The translations under genes and the position numbers were made by a program. Below the pieces are notes generated by a model. The model was not told where the DNA came from. It saw only the letters and a list, made by a program, of their open reading frames with translations, and searched no databases. A stretch of DNA of 64,000 bases from an uncultured virus (IMG/VR IMGVR_UViG_3300025133_008129). Lineage: Duplodnaviria; Heunggongvirae; Uroviricota; Caudoviricetes. The stretch lies in the IMG/VR virus record IMGVR_UViG_3300025133_008129; one strand, given 5' to 3'. Position 1 is the first letter of the stretch; every line of letters begins with the position of its first letter. This document shows, piece by piece, positions 58,901 to 64,000 of the stretch.

Positions 58901-60432
58901 CGGGCGCACCTCCTGATTACACTGCACCCACACCCGTCTCACCCGGCCCGGGCAGTTCCGCCGGCGCCGGCACAATAATAGTGCCTTACTCCCCAGTTAT
59001 GCCACCGATAACGATATTAACCTCCTGTAAAACATCGATATTAGCCACAAGAAATGCGTACGCCACAATCCAACAAGACATGAGTGACAGTCCGCACGTG
59101 GCAGACTTCTACTTCCATGTAGAACCGTGTTTTAAGGTTATAGAGATCCCCATGTTTTCAAAAACACAACAAGTTTTAGATCATCCCGGTAATGGAGCAT
59201 CGATATATCCATTTCAATACATAGATGATTCGCAGAGAGTAGGATTTGAAACATCATATGAGAGTCATGTGCCAAAAGAATTCCCGACAGTTATAACAGC
59301 CGAAGATCAGGTTAAGAAAGACGACTACTTGTTCGCAAATAATTTGCTTTTAAAAGATATCATAAACGCAAAAACGATCTCGCGAGCAAGATATGTAGAA
59401 GTCTTTAGAACATCTGTCAAACCAACAAGTTACGGAGATTTTGAAGGAAATCTCTTAAGCACTCTCGATCTTAGAATAGAAGATACAGAGTACGTCTTTG
59501 CTGACACAGTTTATGAATCGGAAATTGACACTAACAAAAAATATTACTATCTATTTAGATTCCTGAACGAACATATGATGATAAGCCACCCATCTGAAAT
59601 AATGGAATGTGAATTAGTTAATGATGGAGGATACAAGTATGCTATTTTTGGCGTACTATACGAGCAACATCTCCGCGCCGCACCACCAAAGAACACAACA
59701 ATCTCCATGAAGAAGCTTCTGCAGATACAACCTAATATGAACCAAATTACACTTGACACAACCGACGTTGATTTTAATAAAAAAGCAGCCACTCAAATAA
59801 ACAAAGTCAATGTTGGGGTTGCTAAAGAGTTGATTTGGGGAAAACGATTTAAAATTAGAATGATTTCTAAGAAAACCGGAAAGAAAGTAGATCTGAATAT
59901 TAAATTTAAAATGCAAGAAGACCCTGAAGCGCCTGTCAAGTCCGCCCCACCCGGAATGTCTGTGGCGCCAGAGCCATCGCCCGGAGCGCGCTGGGAGCAC
60001 GAGACTGAGGTTACGGTGACAATGGAGGAAGAGGAAGAGTGGTGGGAGGATGATTTGGGAGATACAGATGCCTACAGAGAAGGCACAGATGTACCAGAAG
60101 AAGGTTATGGTGGCGACGGCCCGCTATACCCACCGATCACGGTGGTGCCAGAGCCAGACCCGGTCTGGCCATGGCCGACCACCGGCATAGATTATGGATT
60201 TTATGAAGCCGACCCCCCCGAAGGAATGTTCGGATCCTCGACTTATGATGGTTCAAGCGATGGTCCCTCCTTTTATGAAGCCGACCCCCCCGAAGGAATG
60301 TTCGGATTCTCGACTTATGATGGTTCAGGCGATGGCCCCTCCTTTTATGAAGCCGGCCCTTACACCGGCCCCGACGATACCTTCACAGGCGCCGAGATGA
60401 CATATTACGAGTGGGATCATGACTGGGAATAA
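55927..60432 (+). CDS. large putative virion protein with a low-complexity insertion and acidic repeat tail
   Basis: 1501-aa ORF; D-QVKYG..Y-Y and YYY-FR-LN motifs flank a Gly/Pro/acidic segment. Confidence 0.75.
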   Translation: MPDPELFFPPGSVAPAGPPLYSTAHEIDDSHVYTFVGHGNVEGDGNHLREEIGNIWSIVDGKEENQSLNTRALPLYKTENLNGIEVFRANSRSRYIKAVEINPCTVRVLEPTLAVPNYLIPVRLYSELNLPGGDLFWNTLFRGGQIGEDNYTSLLPSDAVYYNTMFKYSIPYTILEMKKTGISSTTAEPTNVGYEYNAYLHRYESSVNNKKSELLIPNYYMFKYIKGANASYKQYATLEKKVSLGILRNDLFKNRTRSFSYLEKDFSGYSFSPTLEDEVTNSQKNILFDDKYYEKERYDTTQPMPQSLFPYGVRISMPNDSGIIEKTSKSKYRIRDSIMKNDFSAKFLEILKDVYDESFPDIAPGYLEYTVQKSSLAKSSTPRMGPQKVETNTVNKTPYKTIDFLEFLTLIYNNYSASLNDDYSFVGNARAAAAERSTTYSATGFDRYFNNKNVMAVLNDTIKYSKTILNADDLKYMNLQNVINIQENPVETLAYRIEKVAGQQSENSTNKTVLQNFWMFNSSHMKNLDLFDTQVKYGEKYTYNCYAYVVVPSYRYKYTNLRLTKQIARIDTDGDGIPDQYCMQFYDPATNNYAEQLFYDGAGMVSSAPGSSIGTVDFESGPTGMIISPMSAEPVSDGEEVYPFPPDTVEMMSQQGQDNTEKKKKLEETLAGSSDGMGGGGHHAGSGQNWNHGSSGDPTHDSPPAGGPGYVEGAGGGYASPTTGWRFGPMEEEGEEEGSAGEGMDEEAFAELMGVINNLNTGLSPDAFAAFMQGATFGGGADEDGPGHDSGGSGDGGGSESEWYEVPGVDENHDGIPDDEQTPAPYVRVNTGGKWGIGITGLPGSAFNDPASGTPTAPYDHPIQYHGTTFNVPAMAGVLKKSFLKAGDWTDADQAAYDKRWWVARQANTPGNKVEVASPFTQGGESGGGSRSIVRSTTTAPIRDPYGSSPYSNIQAMSSTGDSTPHPGTTGGSPYPGSSMPGAGPAFYETGPGAPPDYTAPTPVSPGPGSSAGAGTIIVPYSPVMPPITILTSCKTSILATRNAYATIQQDMSDSPHVADFYFHVEPCFKVIEIPMFSKTQQVLDHPGNGASIYPFQYIDDSQRVGFETSYESHVPKEFPTVITAEDQVKKDDYLFANNLLLKDIINAKTISRARYVEVFRTSVKPTSYGDFEGNLLSTLDLRIEDTEYVFADTVYESEIDTNKKYYYLFRFLNEHMMISHPSEIMECELVNDGGYKYAIFGVLYEQHLRAAPPKNTTISMKKLLQIQPNMNQITLDTTDVDFNKKAATQINKVNVGVAKELIWGKRFKIRMISKKTGKKVDLNIKFKMQEDPEAPVKSAPPGMSVAPEPSPGARWEHETEVTVTMEEEEEWWEDDLGDTDAYREGTDVPEEGYGGDGPLYPPITVVPEPDPVWPWPTTGIDYGFYEADPPEGMFGSSTYDGSSDGPSFYEADPPEGMFGFSTYDGSGDGPSFYEAGPYTGPDDTFTGAEMTYYEWDHDWE
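60199..60355 (+). repeat. 72-bp tandem repeat (2.2 copies) encoding FYEADPPEGMFG(S/F)STYDGS(S/G)DGPS
   Basis: Units start at 60199, 60271 and 60343 (TTTTATGAAGCC); three mismatches between the two full copies. Confidence 0.95.
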
Positions 60433-60458
60433 AAAAATAGTTAAACACGGATATTATT

Positions 60459-61469
60459 ATGGCTTTTAAAAAGACAAGCGGCACGATTGTTATTGACGCA
60501 ACTTTAACCGAATTAGGTCGAGAAAAAATGGCTAAAGGAGAATTTTTAATTTCGAAATTCGCTTTAGGTGACGATGAAATTGACTATAGCCTATATGATA
60601 AAATTATAAAATATGATGAGGACGGGATCCAGGCTACCAAGATAACGGCAATGTTGGAAGCATATTCAAATAAAAATTCTAACATTACGTACGGCCCAAC
60701 CACACATATAAGCCAAAATATACTGTATCTCCCAGAGCTTAAGGTTAATAATAGATTAAGTTTTTGTCCGGATATCTATCATGATGTTCATTATCTATCA
60801 GTTAATGATGAAACTTCCGAAAAGATAGATTTGATCTTCGCAAATTCGTTTAAATACTTGGAATCAAGTACAGCAGAAAAATCTAAACTAGTAATTGAGA
60901 GCGGTTTAAACACACCTGAAGTTCGCCCAGAACTTAAAAATAGAGATAAGTATCTATTAAATTTAGGCTTGTTGGACCAATACTCATATGTCATGTGTGA
61001 TGCTAGATTTATAGATTCTATGATGACATCAGATAAAAACAGTAAATTTCAAAATTTTCCAAACGGAGATTATAAAATTAATTTCGAGACACTGACGGCT
61101 GCCGCACCCACCTCACACAACAATGGTTTCAGATTTTATAGAACATATTTATGTAATATGATCCCTAATTTAATGACAGATTATGAATCTTTCACTTCCC
61201 CAGGCCTTGAATTTTCGAATATTCTTGGCCCCCGCGGCACCGTCATGGCCACAAACTATTCTGTCGTGTCAAGCCTTAGAACAAATTCCGATGGCGAAAG
61301 AGACAAAAGATGGACTAAATACGGCGAAATCGATCAAGTATTATTTAGCGAAGAATACGTAACACAATACAAGTTTGATTATATAGAAACAACTATATAC
61401 ATAGTAGGCGCAATCTCACATGCGTCAATTCAGGTACCTGTGAGATTATTAAGATATTCAGGAACTTAG
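60459..61469 (+). CDS. putative tail/baseplate structural protein (paralog of 61548)
   Basis: IDATLTELGREKMAKGEF-ISKFALGDDEIDY; C-terminal DYI-TT-Y. Confidence 0.75.
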   Translation: MAFKKTSGTIVIDATLTELGREKMAKGEFLISKFALGDDEIDYSLYDKIIKYDEDGIQATKITAMLEAYSNKNSNITYGPTTHISQNILYLPELKVNNRLSFCPDIYHDVHYLSVNDETSEKIDLIFANSFKYLESSTAEKSKLVIESGLNTPEVRPELKNRDKYLLNLGLLDQYSYVMCDARFIDSMMTSDKNSKFQNFPNGDYKINFETLTAAAPTSHNNGFRFYRTYLCNMIPNLMTDYESFTSPGLEFSNILGPRGTVMATNYSVVSSLRTNSDGERDKRWTKYGEIDQVLFSEEYVTQYKFDYIETTIYIVGAISHASIQVPVRLLRYSGT

Positions 61470-61547
61470 TATTTAAAAAGTTTTATTATAGTGCTATAAT
61501 CTATTTAATAACAAAAACACTAATTATTATAACAAAGAGGTAAATAA

Positions 61548-62540
61548 ATGGCTTTCTTAGACAATTCCGGAGACATTATTCTCGACGCTGTGCTCACAGA
61601 GATCGGCAGAAGAAAAATGGCTAAAGGAAACTTTTCAATTAAAATGTTTGCTCTTGGCGACGATGAAATCAACTATAAGTTGTATAACAAAAACCATCCG
61701 TCAGGTTCAGCTTACTATGATCTGGAGATATTACAAACTCCGATACTGGAGGCCTTCACAGAGACAAATGCTGGAATTAATTATGGCCTTTTGTCCCACG
61801 GTAACACCAACTTGATGTATATGCCGGTTATGAAAACAAACGAAAAAGTGCCAAACGCGGCCATCAAGAGTGAATCCGGTTTTTACTACTTGGCTGTTGC
61901 TGATGGAGTCACTGCAGACGCCATCACTGCTGCCCTGGGAGGCTCCTGCGAAAACGCAGGTCAGTATGTACTTCAATCCGGAGCCCACACTGGAACAAAG
62001 ATTATCTCCGAGATAGGATTAGATACAAAAGAAATATCGGCCACAACGCAGAACAGAAATAATTATCTGGATTCTAACAATCTAACAGACACCGGAATAT
62101 CTGTTTCGATTGACACGAGATTCTTATCGAGCGTACTAGGGGCCGCTAGGGGAAGTGTATTTAGTAATAGTGGCACTGAGGGCCGCGAAAAAATTCAAAT
62201 TAACATGTCCCGCACCGCTGCCGGCCGAACGGATCGCAATCTTCCAAACCATAGGATAGCCACAGTGAAAGCAATTAGAAATCAAGTTGTGTTTAGACAG
62301 AACGACAACCGAGCAGACACGGCAACATCAGTGATGAATGGCCCCCGCGCCAGCGCGACAGCATTAAACTTTGATGCCAAGAACCTCACCAACGACGATT
62401 TTAGTCGACATGGTAAAACTTCACAAGACCTGTTTGGAGATGGTAACACATATGATTATATCGATACAACAGTGTATGTTTCCGGAGTGTCCTCGGGCGC
62501 AACCCAACAAATTAGTTTAAGGTTAATTAAAAAAGCATAA
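61548..62540 (+). CDS. putative tail/baseplate structural protein
   Basis: MAFLDNSGDIILDAVLT..GR..A-G-F-I..FALGDDEI-Y; P-LEA; DYIDTTVY. Confidence 0.8.
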   Translation: MAFLDNSGDIILDAVLTEIGRRKMAKGNFSIKMFALGDDEINYKLYNKNHPSGSAYYDLEILQTPILEAFTETNAGINYGLLSHGNTNLMYMPVMKTNEKVPNAAIKSESGFYYLAVADGVTADAITAALGGSCENAGQYVLQSGAHTGTKIISEIGLDTKEISATTQNRNNYLDSNNLTDTGISVSIDTRFLSSVLGAARGSVFSNSGTEGREKIQINMSRTAAGRTDRNLPNHRIATVKAIRNQVVFRQNDNRADTATSVMNGPRASATALNFDAKNLTNDDFSRHGKTSQDLFGDGNTYDYIDTTVYVSGVSSGATQQISLRLIKKA

Positions 62541-62561
62541 TATGATAAATGGAGAAAAGAA

Positions 62562-63677
62562 ATGCCAATAAAAAGTTTTGAACCCCTAAATCCTAATACG
62601 GATATAACCACCACAAGAACCTTCTTGCATGAGGTGGTGCCGGTAACAGGTGCTATTGTTAGTGGAACATATGGTGTATTTACGACAGAAAACAATATTA
62701 AAAATTATACTCATGGCCAGTTTCAATCTGTTTATGACTATCCATATTTAAGCTCTTCAGCAAACCATATATTTGATATAACAATGGGCTACGACGAGAG
62801 TTCAGCGCTGTCGAGTTCTGCCTCAACGCAAAACAGCAAAAAGATCAATATGTATAATCAATTCTCGCAGTTGTTATTGGGCTACACGGGTTCTGATAAT
62901 ACCGTTCGTGTGTTCGAAAGCGATCTGGTTTTAGATCTTACGGGTTCAATGAAAGAAGTATATTTTATTAACTTTTCTCGATTGCTCACCAAAGATCAAA
63001 TCAAGAAAGGATCCGTAGAAATTAAACTTGGCCGCGGCAAGATGCGCGGTGCTGCCGGTAATGCCGGCTGCGCATTCAATAGTGCAACCGGGTCGAGCGA
63101 CATGGTTATAACTCTAACAGACGCCTCAGCTTCGGTGGATGATACCGGAACGTTTAACACTCTTGGGGGAGACTATGGTGTTTTGTATGACGCCGGCGGC
63201 GCTGGCGCGACAGACACAGGCATTGGAAAAGGAATCATATTCTACCAAGCCGGCGTCATGGTTTTGACGGCATCGATTTTCTCTTCTTCGAATGGGAATT
63301 TAGATGATTTCTGGAAATACGAAGGCAATTCATGGAGTGTAACACAATCCATGATGACCGGAGCAATCAGCGCCTCATGTGATGCTCTCAGGCAACGAAT
63401 TCAAAGCATCTCGTTCAATAACACAACCGAGATTAATTCAACAATCTACTTCTGCCGCGTACCACACAATAAATTCAACTACAGCACGAACCCGACATAT
63501 ATAACCGGAAGCAAGTTGAGAGTTAAAAACACTTCGGGAGATCCATCAGTTTCATATATAACAACAGTTGGTCTTTATAGCTCGAATAACGAGCTGTTAG
63601 CAGTAGCCAAACTTTCAGAGCCACTTAAGAAGACGCCGAGTAACGAGCTAACTCTTCGTGTTAGATTGGACTATTGA
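62562..63677 (+). CDS. putative baseplate/tail-collar-like structural protein
   Basis: FN-S-NPT and C-terminal YITTVGLY..NELLAVAKLS-PL-K..R-D motif. Confidence 0.8.
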   Translation: MPIKSFEPLNPNTDITTTRTFLHEVVPVTGAIVSGTYGVFTTENNIKNYTHGQFQSVYDYPYLSSSANHIFDITMGYDESSALSSSASTQNSKKINMYNQFSQLLLGYTGSDNTVRVFESDLVLDLTGSMKEVYFINFSRLLTKDQIKKGSVEIKLGRGKMRGAAGNAGCAFNSATGSSDMVITLTDASASVDDTGTFNTLGGDYGVLYDAGGAGATDTGIGKGIIFYQAGVMVLTASIFSSSNGNLDDFWKYEGNSWSVTQSMMTGAISASCDALRQRIQSISFNNTTEINSTIYFCRVPHNKFNYSTNPTYITGSKLRVKNTSGDPSVSYITTVGLYSSNNELLAVAKLSEPLKKTPSNELTLRVRLDY

Positions 63678-63701
63678 TTCCTTCTAAAAAGAGAAAATCA
63701 T

Positions 63702-64000
63702 ATGTTTAGAAAATTTGGCCCGAACGATATCATTCGAAATGCTTTGGTAGCTCACCCTAAGTCCACATTTTTTATCTATGAATCTCGCGTGTATTATAAC
63801 GATAAGCCAGTGCAATCTGGATCGTTTGGGTCCGCCCGCTTAAGCTATTATGTCGTCGCTGGCGATACTAACGCTCAAATTGGTGTTGTAGCACCACTTG
63901 GAAATGTTAGTTTATACGAATATAATATTGATCGTATTAAATCAATATCGCCCTCGGCACCGACGCCTAATCAGACCATATATCCGTATTTGACAAAAGA
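63702..64000 (+). CDS. 5' end of a putative structural protein (partial)
   Basis: ATG at 63702 after GAGA; open to the window end (MFRKFGPNDIIRNALVAHP...). Confidence 0.7.
   Translation, partial: MFRKFGPNDIIRNALVAHPKSTFFIYESRVYYNDKPVQSGSFGSARLSYYVVAGDTNAQIGVVAPLGNVSLYEYNIDRIKSISPSAPTPNQTIYPYLTK

Noticed and set aside
60199..60355. CRISPR array or DGR template/variable repeat
   Set aside because: The copies are directly adjacent and in frame with no spacers, the differences are not adenine-specific, and no reverse transcriptase is in the window.
27562..60432. Inteins or introns in the giant ORFs
   Set aside because: No intein splice-junction or LAGLIDADG/HNH motifs and no frame breaks were recognised by eye.
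523..62695. The many minus-strand and nested short ORFs in the ORF track
   Set aside because: All lie antisense to or inside long, motif-bearing + strand genes and show no recognisable motifs; those at 57.8-59.0 kb reflect stop-codon scarcity in GC-rich DNA.
25285..64000. Extracellular contractile injection system or T6SS in a cellular genome
   Set aside because: No cellular housekeeping genes or T6SS membrane complex are present; tRNAs, PhoH, a sigma-like gene and the gene density fit a large phage, although capsid and terminase are outside the window.
1..64000. Stop-codon reassignment (alternative genetic code)
   Set aside because: Very long ORFs are intact under the standard code, and TAA, TAG and TGA all end genes at tight gene junctions.

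Overview
This window looks like part of a large (jumbo-type) tailed phage genome of myovirus type. It is AT-rich, uses the standard code, and has every credible gene on the + strand. There are three blocks. (1) 1-4.5 kb: a candidate structured RNA, an atypical tRNA-Asn, an internally deleted tRNA-Gly, small KOW/SH3-like ORFs, PIN-PhoH, an HExxH protein and a Cas4-like PD-(D/E)xK nuclease. (2) 4.5-23.5 kb: a tightly coupled glycan cluster of about 23 genes. It has 7 glycosyltransferase genes, Gmd + ColD-like + ColC/Fcl-like enzymes (probably GDP-colitose), Ugd, two SDR epimerases, a B12 radical-SAM enzyme, a minimal TPP E1 alpha/beta pair, split HldE-like kinase and nucleotidyltransferase, a HAD phosphatase, a cupin and a methyltransferase. 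It has no flippase, polymerase or priming transferase. (3) 23.5-64 kb: a sigma-like factor followed by a baseplate/tail module (M15 peptidase, gp25, gp6-like wedge, giant LamG protein, tail-collar-like paralogs). The main hypothesis is a phage-encoded virion glycosylation system: a subset of the structural proteins is densely sprinkled with an [S/T]-[G/A/S]-[S/A/T] tripeptide that could be an O-glycosylation sequon. All product calls come from motif recognition by eye, not database searches.
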